A stretch of 63,991 nt of DNA, filler included, from Lama guanicoe (taxonomy: Eukaryota), in NCBI GenBank assembly GCA_013239625.1. It is 75 parts of 75 records of this genome, joined end to end, with 100 filler letters (N's around TTAATTAATTAA, not from the genome) between each part and the next. Parts side by side here need not be neighbours in the genome. Positions count along the whole stretch, not along the records: positions 12,379 to 13,444 come from MU055826.1; positions 13,545 to 14,037 come from PNXV01016679.1; positions 14,138 to 15,001 come from MU055828.1; positions 15,102 to 15,877 come from PNXV01016691.1; positions 15,978 to 16,760 come from PNXV01016693.1; positions 16,861 to 17,374 come from MU055829.1; positions 17,475 to 18,336 come from PNXV01016697.1; positions 18,437 to 19,270 come from MU055830.1; 67 more parts are not named here. One strand, 5' to 3'. Positions 12,379-24,556 of the stretch are shown piece by piece. The notes beneath the pieces were generated by a model. The model did not search any database. It was given only the letters and a program-made list of their open reading frames with translations, and was not told the DNA's origin. The position numbers and the translations under genes are program-made. How positions within the stretch are numbered: position 1 is the stretch's first letter; each line of letters starts with the position of its first letter.

Positions 12379-13444
12379 ACCAATACACATGTAATTTACA
12401 TTGTTTACACAACCATGGCATTCCGTACTCCGAATATGTTTCATGCATCTCTGATTCCTCAAACATGCATTTCTGAGCTGTGAACATGCGCATGACAGAC
12501 GTTTGAACCACCAAAAACTTTACCTATGCACCTTGAAATATTTACTTAGACTTCGTTGCTTCTTCCTTTCACCAGTTTCAAGAATCACACTTTGATCCCA
12601 GAAAAACCCTCTAAAACTCTCTTGAATTCTACCCTAGAGATATGTAATTTGAATAGATTCCATCTAAATGATATTCAGTGTTCCGTACATGCTACATGCA
12701 TGACGGATTCGACAAACATGCATTCCTGATTTGAGTTCATGTGGATTACTGATCTTTCATCCTCTATAAAAACAAAATTTTCATCTAGACACGTGTACCC
12801 ATTTTCACAGCCTTTTCCTAACACCAGTTTCGAACTCGTGCATTTTTCTCAGAAAAATACTTCTGGAGCGATTTCCACCAAACAGATATGTAATTTACAT
12901 GAATTCCATAAACATGGCATTCCGGGTTCCGTACATGCTACATGCATGACGGATTCGGCAAACATGTGTTTCTGAGATCTCAGTATGTGGATTACTGANN
13001 NNNNNNNNNNNNNNNNNNNNNNNNNNNNNNNNNNNNNNNNNNNNNNNNNNNNNNNNNNNNNNNNNNNNNNNNNNNNNNNNNNNNNNNNNNNNNNNNNNNN
13101 NNNNNNNNNNNNNNNNNNNNNNNNNNNNNNNNNNGAAAAGCCTCGCGAATTCTCACCAATGCACATGTAATTCACATTGTTTACATAACCATGGCATTCC
13201 ATATTCCGAACATGTTTCATGCAATACCGATTCCTCAATCATGCATTTCTGAGTTGTGTATATGCTCATGACTGATGTTTCAATCATTACAAGTTACACC
13301 TGCACTTAAATATATATAATTTGTCTTCTTAGCTTCTTCATATCACCAGGTTCAAGAATCACAATTTGATCCCAGATAAACCCTCTTGAGGGAAAAATAC
13401 CTTAGAGATATGTAATTTGAATAGATTCTATCTACATGATATTC
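12379..13444 (-). repeat. Satellite D: AT-rich ~247-bp monomers in a ~3-monomer higher-order unit
   Basis: aaacatg anchors at 12461, 12714 and 12960; the 12379 sequence recurs at 13156. Reverse complement of 38429-39369. Confidence 0.88.
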
Positions 13445-13544
13445 NNNNNNNNNNNNNNNNNNNNNNNNNNNNNNNNNNNNNNNNNNNNTTAATTAATTAA
13501 NNNNNNNNNNNNNNNNNNNNNNNNNNNNNNNNNNNNNNNNNNNN

Positions 13545-14037
13545 AGTAAGTAAAATCAACAAACCTCTTTCAAAACTCAAAAGGAAGAAAAGACAGAGAG
13601 CAGAAATTAGCAAAATAAGTTAGGAGAATGGAGAATTTACAACAAATAAAGTAGAAATACAGAATATCATACGTGAATATTATGAAAAGTTTATGGAATC
13701 AGACTGGATAACCTAGAGGAAAAGGACAAGTTTCTGGAAACATACTGTCCACCATGACTGAATCAAGAAGAAACTGACCCCCTGAACAAGCAGAGCACTA
13801 GAAATGAAATCAAAATAGCAATATAAAACCTCCCTAAATTTAACAGTCCAGGACTGGACAGATTTACTGAGGAATTCTACCAAACATACAAAGAAGAACT
13901 CATTCCACTTTTTCTCAATCTCTTCCAGAAGATTTAAAAGTAAGGAATACTCCCAAAGTGATTCTATGAAGCCACATTCTATGAAGCGACAATCACACTG
14001 ATATCACAACCAGGCAAAGACACTACCAACAAAGAGA
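13545..14037 (+). mobile_element. LINE-1 ORF2 fragment (Z domain to start of RT), disrupted
   Basis: ggacaagtttctggaaacatactgtcc...gaattctaccaaacatacaaagaagaactc; contains stops and a tandem duplication of attctatgaagc. Confidence 0.93.
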
Positions 14038-15101
14038 NNNNNNNNNNNNNNNNNNNNNNNNNNNNNNNNNNNNNNNNNNNNTTAATTAATTAANNNNNNN
14101 NNNNNNNNNNNNNNNNNNNNNNNNNNNNNNNNNNNNNTAAAGATACCCAAATAACCTGTATTTTTGAGTCAAATAGATCAACAGAGAAGAGGGATAAAAG
14201 AAAACAAAACAAAACCAAAGTGATCATTCAATCCATTATTTTAAACAACCAGAAGACTCAAACCTTAACATCCCATAATCCTATGTAAACAGGTCCTCGG
14301 AGTCTTCACCTCTGACCTGGAAGCTTCCATCTAAGGAGAAAGGGCTCATGCAACATGCAACGTTCTTACACCTCAGCAAAGCACAGCTCCATGTCATTCA
14401 GAGGCAGCCCTGTTGCGGGCTGCGTCATTCACGTCCCTCTCGCACAGATGTGTAAATAGCATTATTCACTGCACGGATGTCACCACAGCCCCAACCAAAT
14501 TAACCTTGCGTGTGACACTGCGTGGCCGTGAAGCCTGCTCTTAGAGACTGCAGGAGGCACTCAGGGAAAACAAGGAGAAACAAGTGTATGTTACTTATTG
14601 CAAAGGTTGGAATGTACTCTTTTTTTTNNNNNNNNNNNNNNNNNNNNNNCAGTGACATCAGTGCGTGTGCCATGATTCTTGGCTAAGTGAACACTAAATT
14701 CCTTTATAATTATGCTTCATCTGTATTCATGCAGGGGCAGAGCTCTCAAACAGCCAGTTTTGGCTTTGTTGGTTCTCTCCATATTGTCCTTTAGTTTATT
14801 AATTTTGCTTCTCTGTTTAGTATATCTTTAATTATACTTTCTTGGGGTTTATTTTGTTCTTTTTTTGTTCCAAATTCTAAAGTTAGACCATTAGATTACT
14901 AATTTTCATTCATTTTTTATATAACTTAATATTATAAATTTTCACTGAATACTGCTTTTTCTGCGTGCTATGTACTAGTCATGTTCTAGGTTGTCTGCCC
15001 TNNNNNNNNNNNNNNNNNNNNNNNNNNNNNNNNNNNNNNNNNNNNTTAATTAATTAANNNNNNNNNNNNNNNNNNNNNNNNNNNNNNNNNNNNNNNNNNN
15101 N

Positions 15102-15877
15102 AACATCCCCACACTCAGAATACCAGAACACTTCTTCCTGTGTGTGCTGGCTGTGGGGAAACATATCACACGCATTTTTCATGCGGCACAGTTATTCCAC
15201 GGCTGTGGTATGTAGGTCAAACACCCACATCCCATGGATAGGCTCTCGCTAATACTTGATTTAGAGCCAAATCCCAACTTTCCCCCGCACACCGGCCTTT
15301 TCAATCCATCATGGAAGACAAATTAAGGTATTGTATTAGAACCCAGGCGCTGCTGTTATTGGGAAGAACCTCCCCTCACTCAAGACATCGGTACCCAATG
15401 CCGTGTGTGTGCTGGAGGAGGGAAAGAGTGTCCACAGGGGACAGGTGTTCCCAGGTTGGGGTTGTATTTAAACACTGCCACTGCTCTTAGGGATGCACTC
15501 GCTATTACTATGGTTTAGTGTCCAACAACACCTTCGCTCAAAGCCCGGCCTATGGAAACACTAAGGGATTACAAGCCAAGTGATTCTATTAGATCCCAGA
15601 TGTTGCTGTCAGTTGGAGGAGCCTCCCCACACTCAGGAGACAAGAAAAGTTATTCATGTGTGTCCTGGAGGCGGGGAAACAAGTTCCACGTTTATTTATT
15701 GGATCACAGGTGTTCCCAGGTTGGGGATGTAGGTAAACACTTCCACTGCTCATAGAGAGGCACTCGCTATTACTTTGGTTTAGTGCCCAACCCCACCTTA
15801 ACTAACATCGCGGCAAAAGGAAACAATGAGGGATGTCAATCGAAGAGATTCTATTAGATCCCAGGTGCTGCCGTCAG
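15102..15877 (+). repeat. Satellite E: diverged ~255-270-bp satellite related to satellite C
   Basis: attagaacccaggcgctgctgt..ttggaggaacctccccacactcag recurs, with ccccacactca anchors at ~15107, 15371 and 15625. Confidence 0.85.
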
Positions 15878-15977
15878 NNNNNNNNNNNNNNNNNNNNNNN
15901 NNNNNNNNNNNNNNNNNNNNNTTAATTAATTAANNNNNNNNNNNNNNNNNNNNNNNNNNNNNNNNNNNNNNNNNNNN

Positions 15978-16760
15978 AGGTAACACAGAAGTACTAGACA
16001 TAGGTAATTTACCATAAACTTAACAACTGAAGTAGTTCATAATCAAAGGTGGGAGAAATTGTCAAAGTAATTGTTATACAAGCTTGGTCTGGTGTCTTGG
16101 GTCAGCTGTCTACCTCATATCTTGTCTCCTTCTCATCCTGGCCTGGTAGCTTTTTCTCCATTTGGGCATTGTTTTAAGGTGAGCAGTGCTCTATAGGCCA
16201 GTGCACTGCAGGGGCTGATTCTGATAGGAAATGAATCCGAAACTACGTTTCCTTCAGCTTTTGTGTGTATGGTCTAGTTAAGAGTACTTGATAAAAGTTC
16301 CTTCCATTCAGGTTGGAGACAGTTCTTTAAGTCATGCCTGTTCCAGTTTGTATAATCACGTGGCTGCAGGTCATGGGGCATTGGAACTTTACCTAAGGAT
16401 AGATTACTGAGCTTCAGAAACAAAACTAGTGTATCCTTTTCATAATCCAGTTAAACTGTAGAGAAATGTGACATAACAGCAACGAATGATCTGGGAAGTG
16501 TCTTAGTAAATATGGACTTCAATTAACAAAACTAGAATTTAATATCCACTAAAATATAATCTTTTTTCTCTCTAAAGTTACACTCATTACAAGACTAAAT
16601 TCTTTACAAGTTAAGTCTGATTATTTGATCATATAGGCTTTTTTAAATTGGCTGTGTTGGAAGTTTTAATACCGTGTCTCAGGGTAGAATGTTAATAAGA
16701 TTTGCCAAGGGCAGGAAAGCCACGTCAAGGGCTTGTCATGTATTTCTGCCTCACAGATTT
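15978..16760 (-). mobile_element. Class I ERV internal remnant (integrase C-terminal region at ~16200-16385)
   Basis: Minus strand reads HDLQPRDYTNWNRHDLKNCLQPEWK-(frameshift)-YQVLLTRP...KLK...IH. This matches the ERV1 pol motif LQPGDxVxxK...LxPxWKGPYQVLLT...WIH. Confidence 0.72.
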
Positions 16761-16860
16761 NNNNNNNNNNNNNNNNNNNNNNNNNNNNNNNNNNNNNNNN
16801 NNNNTTAATTAATTAANNNNNNNNNNNNNNNNNNNNNNNNNNNNNNNNNNNNNNNNNNNN

Positions 16861-17374
16861 GTCCATTGTATAGTATCTCATGATTAATGTGTAGAAATGC
16901 AAGAGACTTATTTACATTTATCTTCTACCCTGCTTCGTTGATGAAATTATTTATTGTTCATAATAGTCAATGTGGAGCCCTTAGGACTCCCTATGTAGAT
17001 TGTTATGCCATCTGTAATGGTGACAATTTTGACTCTTTTTTCCATTTTGCATTTCTTTTATTTCTTTTTCTTTTCCTTTCTTCTATTACTATTGAACACA
17101 AGTGCTGANNNNNNNNNNNNNNGTATTTTTCCTTACCCTGAAGGCTTTCAGCATTTCCCCTATTATAAACAGTTATAAATGGCCTTTAGTATGTTGAGAG
17201 ATGTTCCCATTGTACTCACTTTCATGAGAGTTCTGATGATGAAAGCATGTTGAATTTTTCAAATGATTTTTCTTTGTGTATTGACATTGTTTTGTGAATT
17301 TTGTCCTTCCTTTATTAGATATGTATCATGTTGATTGACTTGTGTATGTTGAACCATCCTTGTGACTCTGGAAG
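16861..17374 (-). mobile_element. Old LINE-1 ORF2 (RT region) fragment
   Basis: gtgtagaaatgcaa...; tgttgaattttt...gtatgttgaaccatccttg is the reverse complement of the QGWFNI region. Confidence 0.85.
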
Positions 17375-18436
17375 NNNNNNNNNNNNNNNNNNNNNNNNNN
17401 NNNNNNNNNNNNNNNNNNTTAATTAATTAANNNNNNNNNNNNNNNNNNNNNNNNNNNNNNNNNNNNNNNNNNNNACAGAGCTAGGAAGCAACCAGCTGGG
17501 AAGGCCTAGGACAACAGGCTCACATTCCAAATGGGTGGAAGATGTTCCCACCCAGGGGACGCGGCGGCCGGCTGCCAGCCGTGGAATGTCTGGATGGACC
17601 CTGGCAGGATGGACCTCGAAATTTAGGCCAGCTACAAGAGCCCGCCTTGCGGCTCCTCACACATCCATGGCACACCTGCTTGAACTACCTGAAAATCAAG
17701 CCAAGCACGGCCGCATGTGGGTAGTTTGAGGTTGTGTCGGATACCCACATTGCGGCCCTCGTGCCCCGACCCTGATTCTGACGGTGCCCGCGCTGGGACA
17801 CCACAGAGGAGGAGCACCCCATCCTGGACGTCAACGTGTCATGTGGACTGGCTGCGTACATGCAATTCTTTCTCTGTGGAAAGCTTGGTGTGATGGAGCC
17901 CTATCCTAGTGGACACTTGTTTTTGTGATGCAGAGGAATAGGACTGTGCTTGTTTCACACGTTCTGTGGAAAGCCCGACGTGGTATCGGGCACGTCCCGG
18001 GCTTCGGGACGACTTGGATTTCCTGAAGTGTATTCAAACTCTAGAACATCAGCCCTCCTGAGAAAGGAATTCCCTGCTAGCCGCTGTCAGATGCCAAACT
18101 AGGGTGTCAAGGTGTCTGCCTGGAAGGACGCAAGGCATGGCTTGCGCACCGCAAGCGACGCTTCCTTCACAAGCACTCTTTCCGCTTGCCTGCTCCAGAG
18201 AGATTTCTTCGGACAGAAGTCTTGGAGCACACGGTAGCCTGGCCTTGGGGGTTTTCCCTTCAGAAAGCCCCATCCACACAAGTGCCTCCAGCCGCCCCTG
18301 CCCCCAGGCCCCACTCCCTACTTTGGAGTGGAGTGGNNNNNNNNNNNNNNNNNNNNNNNNNNNNNNNNNNNNNNNNNNNNTTAATTAATTAANNNNNNNN
18401 NNNNNNNNNNNNNNNNNNNNNNNNNNNNNNNNNNNN

Positions 18437-19270
18437 ACACAAAATATAGAATATAGAATATGGAATGCAGAATTTAGAATACAGAGTATAGAATGTATAA
18501 CACAGAATATAGACTATAGAATAGAGTATATGGAACGCAAAATTTAGAACATGGAATGCAGAACACACAATATAGAATATAGAATACAGAATACTGAATA
18601 TAAAATTTAGAATATAGAATTTAGAACACAGAATATGGAATGTAGAATACGGAATGCAGAATANNNNNNNNNNNNNNNNNNNNNNNNNNNNNNNNNNNNN
18701 NNNNNNNNNNNNNNNNNNNNNNNNNNNNNNNNNNNNNNNNNNNNNNNNNNTTAAAACATGGAATGTAGAAAACAGAAATTATTATATAGAATACAGTATA
18801 CTGAATATCGAATTTAGAATATAGAAGAGAAAATACTGAATATACAATTTAGAATATACAATGTAGAACAATGAATATAGGAAATAAAGTACAGAATGCA
18901 GAATATAGAATAAAGAATTTAGAATATAGAAGAGAAAATACTGAATATACAATTTAGAATATACAATGTAGAACAATGAATATAGGAAATAAAGTACAGA
19001 ATGCAGAATATAGAATAAAGAATTTAGAATATAGAAGAGAAAATACTGAATATACAATTTAGAATATACAATGTAGAACAATGAATATAGGAAATAAAGT
19101 ACAGAATGCAGAATATAGAATAAAGAATTTAGAATATAGAAGAGAAAATACTGAATATACAATTTAGAATATACAATGTAGAACAATGAATATAGGAAAT
19201 AAAGTACAGAATGCAGAATATAGAATAAAGAATTTAGAATATAGAACACAGAATATAGAATATGGAAAAC
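18437..19270. repeat. Satellite A, including four identical 105-bp units (18811-19230)
   Basis: aatttagaatatagaagagaaaatactg starts at 18811, 18916, 19021 and 19126. Confidence 0.95.
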
Positions 19271-19370
19271 NNNNNNNNNNNNNNNNNNNNNNNNNNNNNN
19301 NNNNNNNNNNNNNNTTAATTAATTAANNNNNNNNNNNNNNNNNNNNNNNNNNNNNNNNNNNNNNNNNNNN

Positions 19371-19866
19371 AAGAAACTTTGTGTTCCCTTCAAGCTAGGT
19401 GAAGACGGCTTTCACACACTCTTATCTCTCAGAACTGACCATCTGGAGAGACGTTCATTCATCCAGCACAAAGGGAACAGGTTGCAGGAGAAACACTTAC
19501 TCTGGTTTCTCAGTCTGTTTCCTAGTGCCGGTTTGAAGTGCCTGCCGTTTTCACTGTTAAACCGGGTTGGAGCTTGAACCTCCCCATATATATGTATGGA
19601 GTGGAGTTTGCTACTGAAAAGAAACTTTGTGTTCCCTTCAAGCTAAGTGAAGGACGGCTTTCACACACACTTATCTCTCAGAACTGAGCATGTGGAGAGA
19701 CGTTCGTTCATCCAGCACAAAGGGAACGGGTTGCAGGAGAGACACTTACTCTGGTTTCTCAACCTGTTTCCTAGTGCTGGTTTGAAGTGCCTGTCGTTTT
19801 CAAGTAAAACCGGGCTAGAGCTTGAACCTCCCCATATTTATGTATGGAGTGGAGTTTGCAACTGAA
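19371..19866 (-). repeat. Satellite B (249-bp), two monomers, reverse orientation
   Basis: aagaaactttgtgttcccttcaagcta at 19371 and ~19619. Confidence 0.95.
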
Positions 19867-20381
19867 NNNNNNNNNNNNNNNNNNNNNNNNNNNNNNNNNN
19901 NNNNNNNNNNTTAATTAATTAANNNNNNNNNNNNNNNNNNNNNNNNNNNNNNNNNNNNNNNNNNNNCGTCACTGGGATTCTGGGAGCAAGAGAGCTTCCA
20001 TTAGGGCCAGTACAGTGGAGCACCGCTACAGAACTCTCCGAGAACTTTTTTTGGATCCCAGATTATAGCCAGATTATTCTCAGCAGGGCTCCAATTAACC
20101 AAGGTGCTGGGGATATCAGGCAGGCAATCAATCTCTCTCTCTCCCTCACCCCAACCATCCCTACCTCCCTCTCTCACTTGTCTCCTTCTGTCTCTCTCTC
20201 TCTCTCCCTTTCTTATGGTCTCTTGGCCACAAACACTTACAGCGCACACACACCCACACAAACACACAAGTATCGTTTGAANNNNNNNNNNNNNNNNNNN
20301 NNNNNNNNNNNNNNNNNNNNNNNNNTTAATTAATTAANNNNNNNNNNNNNNNNNNNNNNNNNNNNNNNNNNNNNNNNNNNN

Positions 20382-20825
20382 AATAAAAAAAGGTCAATGA
20401 TGAAATCAAAGAGATAATAAAATCATACCTTGAAACAAATTACACTGAAAACACAGCTTCATAAAATGTATGGGATGCAGCAAAAGCAATCATAAGAGGG
20501 AAGTTTAGAACAATTCAGGCCTTCTTCAAGGAAAAGGAAAACCTCACACAAAGGACCAATCTTACCAAACAAAATAACCAGAAATAAGTACAAACAAAAC
20601 CCAAAGGTGGTAGAATGAGAAATCTTTAATGTTTCAGTAGAAAATAAATAAAATAAAAGTTAAAAAATAAATTAAAAATCATAAAATCAACAGCATTTTT
20701 TCTTAACAACAGCATCTTAAAAATATTAACAAATTGATAAACATTTAGCAAGGCTTATCCACAAATAAAGAGTGGACCAAACAAAAAAAGAAATGAAACA
20801 GTAGAAATTATGTCTGATAGTACAG
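20382..20825 (+). mobile_element. LINE-1 ORF2 fragment (post-endonuclease), degenerate
   Basis: tatgggatgcagcaaaagcaatcataagagggaagttt encodes the WDAAKA.RGKF motif. Confidence 0.88.
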
Positions 20826-20925
20826 NNNNNNNNNNNNNNNNNNNNNNNNNNNNNNNNNNNNNNNNNNNNTTAATTAATTAANNNNNNNNNNNNNNNNNNN
20901 NNNNNNNNNNNNNNNNNNNNNNNNN

Positions 20926-21060
20926 GTACCCTAAATGACAACATTTTAGCCCTCCTTGGGGCCCATTCACTCCTGAGCTAATAAATAGTATTGTCTTATC
21001 AACCAACTGCCTGGAGATTTGATTAGTGTAAGTATGCTTCCTGAGTCTAATCACTGCTGG
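20926..21060 (-). mobile_element. Possible ERVL protease remnant
   Basis: Minus strand reads LDSGSILTLI...LAQE*MGP...VVI, resembling ERVL LDTGSELTLI...LAQV..TVGP...VVI. Confidence 0.4.
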
Positions 21061-21459
21061 GTTAACTGAAAATTAGGTCCATGAACACAAAAAGTTGTTG
21101 GACCTAAGATGACCTCAGCAAGGTACTGAGTCCTAATATTGTTCTTACTCTTTTTCATAAACAGTCAATATTTTTAGGGTTATTTATAAACNNNNNNNNN
21201 NNNNNNNNNNNNNNNNNNNNNNNNNNNNNNNNNNNNNNNNNNNNNNNNTTTATATAATTACCTTGGCAAAGGTTTAGAGGAACTTTTCCCACTTCACATG
21301 TCCTCATTATTTACTGTTTCTATCTGGCTGCCTTGTCTAGTGGCCCTTAGCTTATCTCTGGCTCGTAGTTCACATATTCTTGTCCTGTGACAGTCAAATG
21401 GTGGCATTTTTAAATAGTGGTGGTGGTGTAGAAAAAGGGGTGGGAGTATCTAAGAGGAG

Positions 21460-21943
21460 GGAACACTCCCAACTCATTAATTTATTAGCATTATTCTTAT
21501 ACCAAAACCAGAGGAGAGCACTACGAGAGAAGAAGACTGCAGGTCAACATTTCTAATGAACACACACACACACTTTCAACAAAAATACTAGTAAACCAAA
21601 TTCAGCAGCACATTAAATGGGTCATTAACCAAGATCCAGTGTGACTTATCCCTGGGATGCAAGGATGATTCAAAATATGCAAATCAGTTAAAGTGGTACA
21701 TCACATTAATATCATGAAAGAAATATATCATATGATTATCTCAACAGATACAGAAAAAGTTGTTAACATTTAACATCCATTCATGATAAAAACTACTAAC
21801 AAGTTTGGCATACAAGGAACATATCTCAACATGATAAACCCCATATATGAAAAGCCCTCAGCTAACGTTATACTCAGTGGTGAAAGATGTTCTCCTAAGA
21901 TCAGGAAGAAGACCAGGGTGCCCACTCTTGCCACTTCTATTCA
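21460..21943 (+). mobile_element. LINE-1 ORF2 RT fragment (older)
   Basis: ataccaaaaccaga (IPKP), cctgggatgcaaggatgattcaa, catccattcatgataaaaac, gggtgcccactcttgccac. Confidence 0.9.
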
Positions 21944-22340
21944 NNNNNNNNNNNNNNNNNNNNNNNNNNNNNNNNNNNNNNNNNNNNTTAATTAATTAAN
22001 NNNNNNNNNNNNNNNNNNNNNNNNNNNNNNNNNNNNNNNNNNNTTAAGTAACTACTAAACAGCTTAGAAAATATAAAAGCATTTAATTGTGCCGTTGGTT
22101 TACATAATTATTTACATTCAGACTCTTGCTTAAAGAGAATTTAAACAATTTTTTTAAACACAGCTTAACAACCAAAACAACAGAAAGGCAAAACTGAGAG
22201 TGAAGAGAAAATTGAGATTCAATAGTTAAATGAAACCTTGGGGAGATAAACTCATAAAAATGGATTCCATGAAGTCAGGGCAAATGTTAAAAGGAATTCA
22301 GTGTAAGATTCTTGGCAGCTAAAGTAAAAAGAAAAAGATG

Positions 22341-22470
22341 ATGGGGCGGGAGGTAGAGCGTGTGCTTAGCGTGCAAGGGGTGCTGGATTTAAGCCCCAAG
22401 GCCTCCACTAACAGATAAATACATCTAATGAACTCCCCACCAAAACAGCCCCAAAGAAAAGAAAAAGAGA
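22341..22470 (+). mobile_element. Camelid-type tRNA-derived SINE (Vic-1-like)
   Basis: ggtagagcgtgtgcttagcgtgcaaggggtgctggatttaagccccaaggcctcc...aaatacatctaatgaactcccc followed by an A-rich tail. Confidence 0.7.
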
Positions 22471-22579
22471 AATTTCTTTNNNNNNNNNNNNNNNNNNNNN
22501 NNNNNNNNNNNNNNNNNNNNNNNTTAATTAATTAANNNNNNNNNNNNNNNNNNNNNNNNNNNNNNNNNNNNNNNNNNNN

Positions 22580-23220
22580 CTTTGTAGCTTATCATAACAT
22601 TTGTTGGCTGCCTTTAAAATTTTACTGTCATTGAATGGCCAATTTGCATATGAGGTATCTTGAAGGAGTTCTCTTTGCCTTAAAGTTATTGGTGTTTTGT
22701 TGGCACATGGACTTCTATATCAGTTCCTTACACAGGTTCAGGAAGTTATCAACTATTACTTCTTTAAATAAACCATCAGCTAACTTCTAATTTTCTTCTC
22801 CCTCCAGGATTTCGCTCTAAAGTGCATTTCCTGAAGAAGTCTGATTGCTAATGTAGAATTTCCTCACTTTTTAATATCTTGTATCTCTGCGCTCCTCTAT
22901 CATTTTTAGTTTTGTAATGGTGAGTTTGCTAAACTCACTTCCACAAAGGCAGTCTGCTCCCAATGCTTCCTGTTACTGTTGCATGCTTCATCTCAGATAT
23001 TAACTTCATCTGGTCCTCCAATAACTTTTGGATAATTTTTAGTTCCAGTCTCTTTGGTAATGTATTACTTATCAGCATTTAATTTATTGATAAACTCACT
23101 AAACTGCTATCTGAGTTTTGTTTTTGTATTGAGTTACTGTATGACACCTATTTGGATTCTCTATAAATTTTATGGCAATATACCATGACTATAAGTTTGT
23201 TTGCTGCAAGGTTGATATTG
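22580..23220 (-). mobile_element. Old LINE-1 ORF1-region fragment
   Basis: T-rich minus-strand pattern such as ggttcaggaagttatcaactattacttctttaaataaac, typical of the L1 ORF1 antisense strand. Confidence 0.55.
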
Positions 23221-23391
23221 TGTGTGTGTGTGCGTGTGTGTTTTTGTGTGTTTCTTTGTCTGTTTCGGTGTCTATGCCTGTGTATCTATGTNNNNNNNNN
23301 NNNNNNNNNNNNNNNNNNNNNNNNNNNNNNNNNNNTTAATTAATTAANNNNNNNNNNNNNNNNNNNNNNNNNNNNNNNNNNNNNNNNNNNN

Positions 23392-23652
23392 TGCTGATGG
23401 AAATGCAAAAACAAAAATGCAGATCGATTCAGTCACTATGAAAAAACAGTAAATGTGTTCATCAAAACATTAAACATAGAATGAACGTATGATCCAGCAA
23501 TTCCATCTCTGTGTATATATTCAATGGAAATGATACAGGATATTTAAGAGCTATACTCACACTCATGTTTATTGCTGCATTATTTATAATAGCCAAGACA
23601 TAGAAACAATGCAAAGTTCCATCATTAGATAAATGCATGAAGAAGATCTCCG

Positions 23653-23710
<58 letters not shown>

Positions 23711-24110
23711 CATATAATTCAGTCATAAGAAGGAAACACTGCCATTTGCAACAATATGGATGGAACTTAAGGACATAATATTCTTGAGTTAAGTCAGGCA
23801 GAGAATGACAGATACTGTATGATATCACTTATATGTGTAATTTTAAAAAGCCAAACAAGCAAGCAAGCAAGAGAAGGTAGAATGGTGGTTCCTAGGGACT
23901 GAGGGTAGGAGAAATGGAAAGATGTTGGTCAAAAGGTACAAATTCCCTAGTTGAGTATAAATGAGATCTAGGGATTTAATATGCAGTATGGTGATTATAG
24001 TGAAATATACTGTTCTAAGCCTGAAGATTGTCAAGAGAGTAGATCTTACCTTCTTACTACATAAAAGAATTGGTAATTTTGTGACATGATAAAAGTGTTA
24101 GCTAATGCTA
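23392..24110 (+). mobile_element. L1MA-like 3' end (ORF2 end plus 3' UTR)
   Basis: tatgatccagcaattcca; gccatttgcaacaatatggatggaac; ggtcaaaaggtacaaa...gagagtagatctta. Confidence 0.9.
23653..23708 (+). repeat. (TATC)14 microsatellite
   Basis: Perfect tetranucleotide run inside the L1. Confidence 0.97.
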
Positions 24111-24537
24111 NNNNNNNNNNNNNNNNNNNNNNNNNNNNNNNNNNNNNNNNNNNNTTAATTAATTAANNNNNNNNNNNNNNNNNNNNNNNNNNNNNNNNNN
24201 NNNNNNNNNNAGTACAGGTCTGTTGGTTTTTGCTACAGTGCAAGACATGAGGACTAGGAAAGCTTTGCTGCCGATGGCCAGGGGGACAGATCCCAGATCT
24301 GTCTCCCCTCCTGTAAAATGAAGTGGCTGGACTGGATTCTTTCGTCTTCAAAGATGAGTGTCCATGAGCCTGTGTCTTTTGTATATATTCAGGAGTATTA
24401 GCAATATCTGATTAAATACTGAATACCCCTCCCTTTCCTGAAGCGAAGTGCAGTATATGCTACATAAGCTTAATTCTTGTTTCTGATGCACAGGTAATTT
24501 TTGTGTTGCATCTTTCCAGGCAACCTGGAAGGCCTTT

Positions 24538-24556
24538 TAAGCCATAGGTGGCGCTG
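24538..24556 (+). promoter_or_regulatory. Possible CTCF site
   Basis: taagccatAGGTGGCGCTg matches the 3' half of the CTCF core; the 5' half is imperfect. Confidence 0.3.
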
